From contig JBJTAW010000247.1 in NCBI GenBank assembly GCA_046091025.1, forward strand, positions 1 through 34,203: a DNA stretch of 34,203 nucleotides, given 5' to 3'. The notes beneath the pieces were generated by a model that was given only the letters and a program-made list of their open reading frames with translations, searched no databases and was not told the DNA's origin. The translations under genes and the position numbers were made by a program. Numbering within the stretch: the stretch's first letter is position 1; each line of letters starts with the position of its first letter. The DNA comes from Chakrabartia sp. (GTDB taxonomy: Bacteria; Pseudomonadota; Alphaproteobacteria; Sphingomonadales; Sphingomonadaceae). Shown one piece after another: positions 18,260 through 27,734 of this stretch.

Positions 18260-19038
18260 TCCGGGTGGCTATCGCAAATCAAAAGGGCGGCGTCGGGAAA
18301 ACCACGACGGCAATTAATCTTGCGACGGCGCTGGCCGCCATTGGATGGCGCGTGCTCCTCATCGACTTTGATCCGCAGGGAAATGCGTCGACGGGCTTAG
18401 GCGTCACGCATGGGGACCGTGCGCAATCCAGCTATGATGTGCTGCTGGGAGAGGTAACGCCGCTGGAGGCGGCCACAGCGTCGCGCATCCCCGGGCTGGA
18501 TGTCATCCCAGCGACCGTTGATCTCTCTAGTGCCGAAATTGACTTGATCGCAATGGAACAACGTACCCATCGGCTGAAACATGCGCTGTATGCCGTGCCG
18601 GACGGTCATTGGGACATTGCCATTATTGATTGTCCTCCTTCATTGGGGCTGTTGACGGTCAATGCGTTGGTTGCCGCCCAATCTTTGCTCGTGCCGCTGC
18701 AATGTGAATTTTTCGCGCTCGAAGGGTTGAGCCAGCTTCTGCAAACTTTTGAGCGGGTGCGCGCCAGCCTCAATCCCAATTTGTCGATCCTGGGCGTTGT
18801 GCTGACCATGTATGATCGCCGCAATCGCCTGACGGAACAGGTGGCGGATGATGTGCGGGCCTGTTTGGGGGATTCGGTGTTCACAACGGTCATCCCGCGC
18901 AATGTCCGCCTATCCGAAGCGCCGAGCCACGGCCTGCCTGCCCTGATTTATGATCATCGTTGTTCCGGCTCTGAAGCCTATATGGCCTTGGCTAAAGAAG
19001 TGATGAGCCGTCTTCCCAAACAGAAAGTTGCCGCATGA
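18256..19038 (+). CDS. parA: Chromosome partitioning ATPase ParA
   Basis: NQKGGVGKTT deviant Walker A, DFDPQGNAS, DCPPSLG, PRNVRLSEAPS. Confidence 0.97.
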   Translation: MIRVAIANQKGGVGKTTTAINLATALAAIGWRVLLIDFDPQGNASTGLGVTHGDRAQSSYDVLLGEVTPLEAATASRIPGLDVIPATVDLSSAEIDLIAMEQRTHRLKHALYAVPDGHWDIAIIDCPPSLGLLTVNALVAAQSLLVPLQCEFFALEGLSQLLQTFERVRASLNPNLSILGVVLTMYDRRNRLTEQVADDVRACLGDSVFTTVIPRNVRLSEAPSHGLPALIYDHRCSGSEAYMALAKEVMSRLPKQKVAA

Positions 19039-19943
19039 GCGAAGATCAAGCTCTTCCCAAGAAACGTACGGGTCTTGGCCGGGGATTATCCTCTCTTTTG
19101 GGAGAGATTCAGGCGGATACGGCCGTTGCTGTGTCGGGCCGGGCGGATGCGGGCGTGCCCTTGCCCGATGGCGTACGCCTTGTGCCTGTCGCCAGCCTCC
19201 AGCCGCTGCCCAATCAGCCGCGCCGCAATTTTGATGAGGATGCGCTGGATGAACTGGCGCGCTCCGTCACTGCCTTAGGGGTGCTCCAACCCATTGTTGT
19301 GCGGGATTTGGGCGGGCAGTATCAGATTGTTGCTGGTGAACGTCGTTGGCGGGCCGCGCAGCGCGCAAAACTCCACCAAATCCCTGTAATTGTTAAACAA
19401 TTTGATGATCGTACGGCACTTGAAATTGCTCTGGTTGAAAATATTCAGCGCGAACAGCTGAATGCCTGGGAAGAGGGCGAAACCTATCGCCGGTTGATTG
19501 ATGATTACGGCCATAGCCAAGAGGAGCTGGGTCGGGTCGTCGGAAAATCGCGCAGCCATATCGCCAATCTCATGCGCTTACGGAACCTTCCGGTGCGGGT
19601 GCATGGCTGGCTTGTCTCTGGCGAATTGACGATGGGCCATGTCCGCGCGCTCCTGCAATGCGAAGACCCAGAAGGGGTGGGGCGCGAGGTGATTGCGCGC
19701 GGCCTTTCGGTTCGCGAAACCGAGGCGCTGGCGAAGAAGAAAAAGCCGGGTGCGCGCAAAGCGCCGACCTCGGGCTCTGGTCGCGACGCGGATGTGGAGG
19801 CGCTGGAGCGTCAGTTGAGCGATCAGATCGGCCTCAAGGTTCGCATTGCGCACGGCGCGCGCGGCGGGGCCGTGACGCTGGCTTATTCTTCGCTCGATCA
19901 GCTGGACTTAATCTGCCAGCGTTTGTCAGGGGAACGGATTTAA
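19035..19943 (+). CDS. parB: Chromosome partitioning protein ParB
   Basis: LGRGLSSLL, GVLQPIVVR, AGERRWRAA, ENIQREQL, GKSRSHIAN HTH. Confidence 0.97.
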   Translation: MSEDQALPKKRTGLGRGLSSLLGEIQADTAVAVSGRADAGVPLPDGVRLVPVASLQPLPNQPRRNFDEDALDELARSVTALGVLQPIVVRDLGGQYQIVAGERRWRAAQRAKLHQIPVIVKQFDDRTALEIALVENIQREQLNAWEEGETYRRLIDDYGHSQEELGRVVGKSRSHIANLMRLRNLPVRVHGWLVSGELTMGHVRALLQCEDPEGVGREVIARGLSVRETEALAKKKKPGARKAPTSGSGRDADVEALERQLSDQIGLKVRIAHGARGGAVTLAYSSLDQLDLICQRLSGERI

Positions 19944-19962
19944 TCCGTCAACAGCCCGGCCC

Positions 19963-20547
19963 TCACATCGGGCCAGCGGCGGGCTTTGCTGGTTTTGTTT
20001 CTTCTAACAGCTTCAAGATGACTGCAGAGCGCGTATCCCGCCGAGCATAATCCAATGCGGACATGCCCGCTGCACGGTCCGTGCGGGCAGGATTGGCACC
20101 AGAGGCCAACAACAGCCGCACCATCGCCAAATCGCGCTGCTGCACCGCCAAAATCAAGGCTGTTTCGCCTTGGCCATTGGTCGCATCCACCTGCGCTCGG
20201 CGCTTCAACAGCATGTCTGCCGCCTCAACAAAGCCGATTTGGGTGGCCGCGATCAAGGGCGTATTGCCATCCCGGTCGCGGATATCGGCCTTTGCTCCGC
20301 GCGCCAGCAAAAAGGCGAGCCAAGTTGCATCCCGCCGCTTCACAACAATGTGAAGCGCGGTTTCGCCGGTTGAGACGTCGCGCGTATCGACGATGACCGT
20401 CCCCGGCTTGCTCAACAGGTCGGTCGCTTTGCTGCCATCACGATCGCGGACGGCCTTTAAGAAATTATAGCTGTCTGAAAATTGGGCGCTGGCCATAGTT
20501 GGCCAGAGCAGACAGAGCGCAAAAACTGTGGCGATAATTTTCTTCAT
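19963..20547 (-). CDS. Exported ankyrin-repeat protein
   Basis: Signal peptide; repeats GETALHIVV, GNTPLIAA, GETALILAV, GMSALDYA. Confidence 0.9.
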   Translation of the reverse strand: MKKIIATVFALCLLWPTMASAQFSDSYNFLKAVRDRDGSKATDLLSKPGTVIVDTRDVSTGETALHIVVKRRDATWLAFLLARGAKADIRDRDGNTPLIAATQIGFVEAADMLLKRRAQVDATNGQGETALILAVQQRDLAMVRLLLASGANPARTDRAAGMSALDYARRDTRSAVILKLLEETKPAKPAAGPM

Positions 20548-20619
20548 ATTGATCGGCCCAAAGAAGCGGTTAATCCCTGCTTGCGTCCCTCGATCTAGCA
20601 GAGCAAAGCTGACCCTGCC

Positions 20620-21213
20620 ATGACCAAATTCACGACTTTTGCCGCCGCCGCCCTTATTCTGTCGCTCACAGCCTGTGGCGGTTTCGCGCCGGATGCCGGT
20701 CCCCCGCCCTTAGAAGGGGCGCGCATGGGCGGTGCGTTCAGCCTGATCAATCAGGATGGGAAAACCACAACGGAGAAGGATTTTGCGGGCAAATATCGGC
20801 TGATCTATTTTGGCTATACATTTTGCCCGGATATCTGCCCGGTTGATGCGCAGCTGATGGGGCAGGCGATTAAGTTGTTTGAACAAGAGGATAGGGCGCG
20901 CGCGATGAAGGTCGTCCCGATCTTCATCTCCGTTGATCCCGCGCGCGATACGCCTGCTGTTGTGAAGCAATTTGTCTCTAACTTTCACCCGCGCATGGTT
21001 GGCCTGACAGGGAGTGTCGCCCAAATTGATGAGATGGCGCAGCGTTATGGCGTCGCCTTCATGCGGGAAAAGCCCAATGCGCAAGGCGCCTATCTGGTCA
21101 ATCATGCCCGGATGATTGTGCTCTATGGCCCGCAAGGGGAGCCCATTGCCATTATGCCGCAGGGCGATGACCCCAGGGCTATCGTCGCCGAACTCGCCCG
21201 CTGGGTGCGATAG
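20620..21213 (+). CDS. SCO family copper chaperone lipoprotein
   Basis: Lipobox LTAC, YFGYTFCPDIC, ISVDPARD, conserved His in YLVNH. Confidence 0.92.
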   Translation: MTKFTTFAAAALILSLTACGGFAPDAGPPPLEGARMGGAFSLINQDGKTTTEKDFAGKYRLIYFGYTFCPDICPVDAQLMGQAIKLFEQEDRARAMKVVPIFISVDPARDTPAVVKQFVSNFHPRMVGLTGSVAQIDEMAQRYGVAFMREKPNAQGAYLVNHARMIVLYGPQGEPIAIMPQGDDPRAIVAELARWVR

Positions 21214-21221
21214 GCGCGCTC

Positions 21222-21668
21222 GTGGCTGGCCGCTATTGGGAAGATAAGCCGTTGGAGGCGCTTGACCGGGCGCAATGGGAATCTTTGTGCGATGGCTGTG
21301 GTCGATGCTGCCTCCACAAGCTGGAAGATGAAGATACGGGCGATATTTACCCCACCAATGTCGCCTGTCGTTTGCTCGATCGGGGCACGGGCCAATGTTC
21401 TGATTATCGCAACCGATTTGCCCAAGTGCCCGATTGTATCCGCCTGACGCTCGCCAAATTGGATAATTTGGAATGGCTACCACCGACCTGCGCCTATGTG
21501 CGCCGGGCCAAGGGAGAGGCTTTGCCCGATTGGCATTATCTTGTCTGTGGGGATCGCGAGGAGATCCATAGGCGCGGCATGTCCACCCGGGGGTGGACCG
21601 TCTCAGAAATTGATGCAGGCGATCTGCAAAACCATATTGTTGAGCGTTGGCCGGGCGAGGACGCATGA
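21222..21668 (+). CDS. YcgN family cysteine-cluster protein (UPF0260)
   Basis: WESLCDGCGRCCLHKLED, WLPPTCAY, WHYL. Confidence 0.9.
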   Translation: MAGRYWEDKPLEALDRAQWESLCDGCGRCCLHKLEDEDTGDIYPTNVACRLLDRGTGQCSDYRNRFAQVPDCIRLTLAKLDNLEWLPPTCAYVRRAKGEALPDWHYLVCGDREEIHRRGMSTRGWTVSEIDAGDLQNHIVERWPGEDA

Positions 21669-22339
21669 TCGACGGGCTGGAAAGTGTCCGCAAGGCCAAT
21701 GCCCGGCGCATGAAATTGTCGGTCGATCCGCGCACAGGCCAGGTTCGGCTGGTCTTGCCACACAAAGCTCCCCTTGCCGCCGCGCTGACCTGGGCAGAAC
21801 AACATGAGGGCTGGATCGCGCGGCAAAAGGCCCGCATGCCCGATCCTTGGCCGATCCTGCCGGGCATGTCCGTGCCTATTGGGGACGCCACCTACACGCT
21901 AGATTGGGCGCAAAGCCACCCCCGTACGCCGCGCATAGAGGGTGCGCAGATTCTGATTGGCGGGCCTGTTGATGTGATGCCCAATCGCTTGCTGCGCTGG
22001 TTGAAAGCTGAGGCGCGGACGCTGCTGGATCAGGAAACACGGGACATTGCGGCGCAGCGGGATATTTCTATCGCAACCGTATCGGTCGGTGATCCCCGTT
22101 CCCGTTGGGGCAGTTGTTCGGGCAGTGGCGATATCCGTTATAGTTGGCGGCTCATTTTGGCGCCGGATTTTGTCCGCCGGGCAACCGTTGCGCATGAAGT
22201 GGCGCATCGCATCCATATGGATCACAGCCGCAACTTTCATCGGCTGGCAAAGCAGTTATTTGGCGCGGATCACGCGCCTGCTCGCGATTGGCTGCGGCAT
22301 AATGGCGCGCGGCTTTACTGGTTCGGGCGGGACGGCTGA
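21665..22339 (+). CDS. YgjP/DUF45 (M48-like) metallo-hydrolase
   Basis: SRWGSCS, SWRLILAP, VAHEVAH (HExxH), MDHS; ATGA overlap with the ycgN-like gene. Confidence 0.88.
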   Translation: MIDGLESVRKANARRMKLSVDPRTGQVRLVLPHKAPLAAALTWAEQHEGWIARQKARMPDPWPILPGMSVPIGDATYTLDWAQSHPRTPRIEGAQILIGGPVDVMPNRLLRWLKAEARTLLDQETRDIAAQRDISIATVSVGDPRSRWGSCSGSGDIRYSWRLILAPDFVRRATVAHEVAHRIHMDHSRNFHRLAKQLFGADHAPARDWLRHNGARLYWFGRDG

Positions 22340-24345
22340 GGCGGCGTGCGCCGGATGGGTTGGGCATCGCGCCGGGTCGCCTCATCAATGACGCGCTGAT
22401 ATTCCGCATCTTCATCGGTGACCTGCCCGACATCGCCTATGCCATCCAGAGTTTGATCTACGCCATTGCCCAATTCACCTAGATAGGCTTCCTCATCGGT
22501 TTCCAAAATCCATTCGGGCAAGGTGACTTCGGTTTCAAACTTTTCCACCGGGCGATTGGCCACCGCGCGCTGCATGAAGGCGGCAAAGACGGTTGCGGGT
22601 GCGCGTCCACCCTGAAGCCCGGGAACGGGCTTGGCATCATCACGGCCCATCCAGACGCCCGTTGTGATCCCGCTTGAAAAGCCAAGGAACCAACCATCTT
22701 TGTTGGATGAGGTTGTCCCCGTCTTCCCCGCAACAGGCCGCCCGATTTGCGCCGCGCGTCCCGTCCCGGCGCTGACGGCGGTTTGCATCATGTCAGTCAT
22801 GCCGGCGGCAACCCAAGGATCAATCAGCTGCAGATCTTCTTGAGCGGGGCGTTCATAGAGCAGGCGGCCAGAGGGTGTTGTGACCTTAACAATGCCATAG
22901 GGCGTCACGGATTTGCCCTTGGCCTGCACGGTGGCAAAGGCCTTTGCCATATCAATGAGCCGGACGTCCGATTTGCCCAACACCATAGAGGGCTGGGTAT
23001 TGATCGGTGTGGTCAGGCCAAGTCGCCGCGCAATGGCGGCCACGGCAGGTGTCCCCACTTGCTGGCCAATTTGCGCGGCAATGGTGTTGACTGAATTGGT
23101 AAAGGCGGTGCGCAGCGTCATTTCGCCGCGATATTCCTTGGTGTTGTTGCGCGGGCTCCAGCCATCAATGGTGATGGGTTCATCCACCATTTTGCTGTCG
23201 GGCGTCATCCCGGCTTCGAGCGCGGCCAAATAGACGAACAGCTTAAAGGAGGAGCCGGGCTGGCGCACGGCCTGTGTGCCGCGGTTATAGATGGATGTCA
23301 CATAGTCGCGCCCGCCAATCATCGCGCGCACAGCGCCATCCCGGTCGAGCGCGACAAGGGCTGCCTGCGCCGCCTCTGGCGTATATTTCAATATGGCGGC
23401 ATCGGCGGCGGCCTGCATATCGCGATTAATGGTTGTCCACACGTCAATCGGCTCATCCGACTCTTCAATTAGGCCATCCAGCTGCGGGAGGGCCCAATCA
23501 GTAAAGTACCGCAGGCTATTCTGTTGAGGGCCAGCGGCCAGCTTCACCTGATCTGGACGTGCGGCGGCCGCAACGCTGGGGCTGATCACCCCGGCATCGG
23601 CCATGACGGAGAGGACGACGCGGGACCGGTCGAGCGCCGCCTTGGCATCGGCGGTGGGGGAATAGTTGGAAGGCGCCTTCACCAGCCCAGCGATGATTGC
23701 AGATTCTTCAAGGCTAAGCGTGGTCGCTGGATGATCGAAGAAACGGCGGGATGCCGCATCAATGCCATAAGCGCCGCCGCCAAAATAGACGCGATTGAGA
23801 TAGAGCTCGAGGATGTCATCCTTGGAATATTTGGCTTCCATCGCGAAGGCGAGGATCATCTCACGCCCCTTGCGGCCAAAGGTGCGGGTATTGGTTAAGA
23901 ATAAGTTGCGGGCCAGCTGCTGGGTAATGGTGGAGCCACCCTGCGCCCAATGCCCGCGTTGCAGCCGCACCTGAATGGCCCGGAACAGGCCAATGGGGTC
24001 GACGCCGGGATGATAGCGAAAGCGACGATCTTCAACCGCCACCATGGCATCAACCATCACACCGGGAATGGTGCGATAGTCCACCCATTCCCCATAAATC
24101 GGGCCGAGAGAGAGGATGACGCGCCCGTCTTCTGCGCGCACACGCACGACTTGCCCCAGCGAGTCTCGCGTCCGCAATTCTTTAAAATCGGGGAGCGATG
24201 AATAGGCAAAACCCACAGCGCAGAGCAGGCCGAAGAGGATGATGCCGCCGCTGATCAGAGCCCAACGAAAGGCCCGCGCTAGAAAGCCGCGCTGCTGCGG
24301 CACTGGCGACGAAGGGGCAGGGGGGCGGGGACGCTTTGTAGCCAT
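22315..24345 (-). CDS. Class A penicillin-binding protein (PBP1A family)
   Basis: Transglycosylase motifs EDRRF and GGSTITQQLARN; transpeptidase motifs SSFK, SVN, KTGT; N-terminal TM helix. Confidence 0.95.
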   Translation of the reverse strand: MATKRPRPPAPSSPVPQQRGFLARAFRWALISGGIILFGLLCAVGFAYSSLPDFKELRTRDSLGQVVRVRAEDGRVILSLGPIYGEWVDYRTIPGVMVDAMVAVEDRRFRYHPGVDPIGLFRAIQVRLQRGHWAQGGSTITQQLARNLFLTNTRTFGRKGREMILAFAMEAKYSKDDILELYLNRVYFGGGAYGIDAASRRFFDHPATTLSLEESAIIAGLVKAPSNYSPTADAKAALDRSRVVLSVMADAGVISPSVAAAARPDQVKLAAGPQQNSLRYFTDWALPQLDGLIEESDEPIDVWTTINRDMQAAADAAILKYTPEAAQAALVALDRDGAVRAMIGGRDYVTSIYNRGTQAVRQPGSSFKLFVYLAALEAGMTPDSKMVDEPITIDGWSPRNNTKEYRGEMTLRTAFTNSVNTIAAQIGQQVGTPAVAAIARRLGLTTPINTQPSMVLGKSDVRLIDMAKAFATVQAKGKSVTPYGIVKVTTPSGRLLYERPAQEDLQLIDPWVAAGMTDMMQTAVSAGTGRAAQIGRPVAGKTGTTSSNKDGWFLGFSSGITTGVWMGRDDAKPVPGLQGGRAPATVFAAFMQRAVANRPVEKFETEVTLPEWILETDEEAYLGELGNGVDQTLDGIGDVGQVTDEDAEYQRVIDEATRRDAQPIRRTPPQPSRPNQ

Positions 24346-24393
24346 CGGGCTATTCTCTTAGGCGGTCCCGAGTCGGCGGGCAAGAACATGCGC

Positions 24394-24795
24394 CTAGTCC
24401 GCATCATTTCCTTCAAAATCGAGCGAGACACTGTTCATGCAGAACCGCAAGCCCGTCGGCTGTGGGCCATCGGGGAAGACATGGCCCAAATGACCGTCAC
24501 ACCGGGCACAGCGCACTTCAACACGCGCCATGCCATGGGTTCTATCCTCCACCATGGTCAGGGCATCGGTGCTGACCGGCGCATAAAAGCTGGGCCAGCC
24601 AGAGCCGGACTCATATTTGGCGTCGGACACAAACAGATCCGCCCCACAGCCGGAACAGCGATAAACGCCTGCGTCTTTGACGTCATTGAGCGCGCCGGAA
24701 AAGGCCCGCTCCGTCCCGGCTTGGCGCAGGACATGATATTGTTGCGGGGTCAGGCGCGCGCGCCATTCCTCATCGGTTAAAAGCAGCTTTTCCAT
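24394..24795 (-). CDS. msrB: Peptide-methionine (R)-S-oxide reductase
   Basis: GTERAF, CSGC and CARC zinc ligands, [25 protein letters not shown]. Confidence 0.95.
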   Translation of the reverse strand: MEKLLLTDEEWRARLTPQQYHVLRQAGTERAFSGALNDVKDAGVYRCSGCGADLFVSDAKYESGSGWPSFYAPVSTDALTMVEDRTHGMARVEVRCARCDGHLGHVFPDGPQPTGLRFCMNSVSLDFEGNDAD

Positions 24796-24827
24796 AAGGG
24801 GCATCATGGCCGTGTCGGCGTCCGGCT

Positions 24828-25880
24828 TCAAGTCCGAACGCGCGTGGCGGCTGCCACCCAAGTCGCCATAGCCGGAAAGGCGCGCAAGACATGCGTGAGC
24901 ATGGGTCCGCCCAGCCGCCCTTCGCCCCTATGCCAAACCCATGTGGCCAGCCCAACCGGGCCTGCCGTGCGCTTGGCAAATTGGTGCTGCCAGTCTTTGG
25001 CGGCGACCCCGGCCAGCCAAGCTTGTGCTGCATCCTCTCCGCTTGCCAGCGCAATGCCATTACCCTCACCCGCCAGCGACGGGATGACCGCGCATTGATC
25101 CCCCAGCCGATAGAGACCGTCTGGATCCTGTCTCTGCCGCCAGCCATAAGGTACATTGGCAACCGCATCGATGCGCGTGCGCGCGTCAAAGCCCGCCATT
25201 CTCTCGCCAAAATGGGGGTGGTCTGCCGCAAGTTGCCGCAGCAGCGCGGCTGGATCCCGCCTCGCCTCTGTCAGCAAGGATTTGCGCAGCGCAAGGCAGA
25301 TATTGGCCGTCCCATCTTCTTGAAGTTCAACCCCCGCATAGCCTTTGTTAAAGACATGCAGTTCAATGGCATCGCCAATGAGGGCACGTGCAGCCGGACT
25401 GGTGGGGAGGCGCACGCGCAGGCCTAAGGCGGGGTCTACGTCTTCTCGGGGGCGTTCACACCCCTTCACATCCTGCTTGCCCGTGGCCAGAAACAGCTCT
25501 GACGATTGGGCGCGCACCGCATCCATATTTCGGATGGTCACGCCGCGCTCTAGGCCCGCGCCACACGCGACGGCTCTGGCGATCAGGGCGCTGTCCATCG
25601 CGTAGCGCGAGAGGCCATGGCCCGCTTGGGGCAGGGGCGCCTCGGCCAGACTTTGTCCGGAAAAGACGCGCAAGCGGGTGATGCGATGGCCCGAAATCTC
25701 AACGCCCAGGCGGGTGAGCGTTTCCATTGTCCGCCAGCTGACAAAGCCGCCGCACAAGGCGTCGCCAACCTCTGCCTCGCGTTCGAGCAAAAGCGGACGT
25801 GCGCCACCACTGGCCAGCGTAATGGCGGCGGCACAGCCCGCAGGCCCCGCGCCTATGATGATCGGATCTGTTCGACGCAT
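24828..25880 (-). CDS. NAD(P)/FAD-dependent oxidoreductase (geranylgeranyl reductase/monooxygenase-like)
   Basis: [34 protein letters not shown]. Confidence 0.88.
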   Translation of the reverse strand: MRRTDPIIIGAGPAGCAAAITLASGGARPLLLEREAEVGDALCGGFVSWRTMETLTRLGVEISGHRITRLRVFSGQSLAEAPLPQAGHGLSRYAMDSALIARAVACGAGLERGVTIRNMDAVRAQSSELFLATGKQDVKGCERPREDVDPALGLRVRLPTSPAARALIGDAIELHVFNKGYAGVELQEDGTANICLALRKSLLTEARRDPAALLRQLAADHPHFGERMAGFDARTRIDAVANVPYGWRQRQDPDGLYRLGDQCAVIPSLAGEGNGIALASGEDAAQAWLAGVAAKDWQHQFAKRTAGPVGLATWVWHRGEGRLGGPMLTHVLRAFPAMATWVAAATRVRT

Positions 25881-26545
25881 AACCGAAGCGGAAAGGTGCG
25901 AAACACACGCGCGCCGCGCACGCCTGCATTGCTCAAGATCGGGGGCCATTCGGCCGGGCGATAGGAGCGCGCGATCGAGAGCTGCCCGTCTTCGCGCACA
26001 ATGCGGTGCCAGCCCATGATCCGGGCGAGCAGGGTATAACCGAGATAGGCAAATATGTGGCGATGCAGATCATTGATGAACCAACCACATTTGGCCTCTG
26101 CGGACATGAAGCGCAAAAACGCAGTCAGCTGATCTTGGCTCATATGATGCGCAACCAGACTGGACAGGATCACATCCCAGCCTTGCCCGGCCAGATCGGC
26201 ATAGTCGCCCGTTCGATAGTCTATGCCCATCTCATCTGGGGTTTGCGCCGCGGCAATGGCGGCGCTGCGAGGATTAAGATCAATTCCCGTGAGCGTGACG
26301 GGGATTTTATGTTGCACCGACCAGCGAAAAATGCTGCGCAACATATCGCCATCGCCAAAGCCCACATCTAAGATGCGCAGCGGTGTGGACTGGCGCGGCA
26401 GGCGGCGCAAAAAGTTTAATGTGGGTCGTCGGGCCAGCGTCACGCCGTTGACGCGGGCAAGATCATGCAGAACCTGCGCATAGGTGTCGGCCGGCAAGGC
26501 CGGATCATCCATTTGCTCTTCGGTGAGGGCGCGGGTGGCGAGCAT
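25853..26545 (-). CDS. Class I SAM-dependent methyltransferase
   Basis: EEQMDD N-terminus, ILDVGFGDGD motif I, SLVAHH, INDLHR, DGQLSIARS. Confidence 0.88.
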   Translation of the reverse strand: MLATRALTEEQMDDPALPADTYAQVLHDLARVNGVTLARRPTLNFLRRLPRQSTPLRILDVGFGDGDMLRSIFRWSVQHKIPVTLTGIDLNPRSAAIAAAQTPDEMGIDYRTGDYADLAGQGWDVILSSLVAHHMSQDQLTAFLRFMSAEAKCGWFINDLHRHIFAYLGYTLLARIMGWHRIVREDGQLSIARSYRPAEWPPILSNAGVRGARVFRTFPLRLCVEQIRSS

Positions 26546-27607
26546 TTAATCGACCGTCCGAAAGCGAAAGCCCTCGGCCGCAACGCCAGGGCCAAAGGCA
26601 AGGGCAACGCCGCGGTCTACTTTTTGCGCCATATGGCGGGCCAGAACGAACATGAGGGTGGAGGAGGACATATTGCCCCCTTCGCGCAAGACCGCGCGGG
26701 AAGCCGAGAGCGCCTCTACATCCAGCTTCAGCCCATGTTCAACGGCATCCAATATGGATCGGCCCCCAGCATGCACTGCCCAAGCATCGACCGCCTGCGG
26801 ATCGCCGCCTGCCAGTGTGTCGACAAAGGCCGCATCCTGCAAAGCGTCGGCAATGCGGGCGGGAACTTGCCCCGAGAGGTGCATGACGAACCCGGTATCG
26901 CCAATGTCCCAACGGATGAGATCGGCCGAGCCGGGCAGAGTGGTTGCAAAGGGATCAAACACCGCAAGGCCCGGCCCTTCCCCGGTCACGAGCGCCGCTG
27001 CTGCGCCATCGCCAAATTGCAGCATCGCCAAAAGCGGTTCAATGTCTTGCGTGTTATTGAGGTGCAGGCAGGACAGCTCAACCGTCACCACCAGCACCTT
27101 GGCCTGCGGCGTGGAACGGACAATGTGCATCGCACTGCGCAGCGCCGAGACGGCGGCGTAACAGCCCATAAAGCCGACCAAGAGCCGTTCCACCGACGGG
27201 TCCAGGTTGAGGGTGCGGGCTATAATCTGATCCACGCCGGGGGCGACAAATCCGGTGCAGCTGGCGACGACCAGATGCGTTACGTTGCTGAGATCAGCAT
27301 CCAGCCCGGCAATGGCCTTGAGCGCAAGCGCCGGGGCGTGTTCGGCATAGAGCGCCATACGTGCGGCGGTGCCCGGGGCGGGTCCGTCGTAAAAACCGCC
27401 GGGGGCAACAGGCGACCCCCCTTGGGCGGTTGGCGGCAGAACGGCAAAGCGATGGTCAATGCCCGAACGCCCGGCCATGCGCCGAAAAAGGGCGCGTGCG
27501 CGCCGATCGTCCATCTGCTCTTGCGCCCAAGCGATGAAAGCCGCGTGAATATCGTGATCGGGCCGCGCTGTGGATAGCGCTCGGATGCGGGGAAGGGCCG
27601 TGGTCAC
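26546..27607 (-). CDS. Type III polyketide synthase (chalcone synthase-like)
   Basis: Intact Cys-His-Asn triad in GFMGCYAA, WAVHAGG and GNMSS; FGDGAAA; AFGPG. Confidence 0.95.
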   Translation of the reverse strand: MTTALPRIRALSTARPDHDIHAAFIAWAQEQMDDRRARALFRRMAGRSGIDHRFAVLPPTAQGGSPVAPGGFYDGPAPGTAARMALYAEHAPALALKAIAGLDADLSNVTHLVVASCTGFVAPGVDQIIARTLNLDPSVERLLVGFMGCYAAVSALRSAMHIVRSTPQAKVLVVTVELSCLHLNNTQDIEPLLAMLQFGDGAAAALVTGEGPGLAVFDPFATTLPGSADLIRWDIGDTGFVMHLSGQVPARIADALQDAAFVDTLAGGDPQAVDAWAVHAGGRSILDAVEHGLKLDVEALSASRAVLREGGNMSSSTLMFVLARHMAQKVDRGVALAFGPGVAAEGFRFRTVD

Positions 27608-27734
27608 TTGCGCCTCTTTCAGGGCCGACTGCGTGATGCAGCAGACATGGCTACTCTAACAGGCTTGAGGGGCAGGGTCACGCCTTCATCCCTAGCACGC
27701 AGGTTTGAATTTGGTGCTGTAGGAAGGACTTGCG

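Noticed and set aside
19963-20547. Ankyrin protein as a host-directed effector
   Set aside because: It has a Sec-type signal and sits among housekeeping genes with no secretion system nearby; likely an ordinary periplasmic protein
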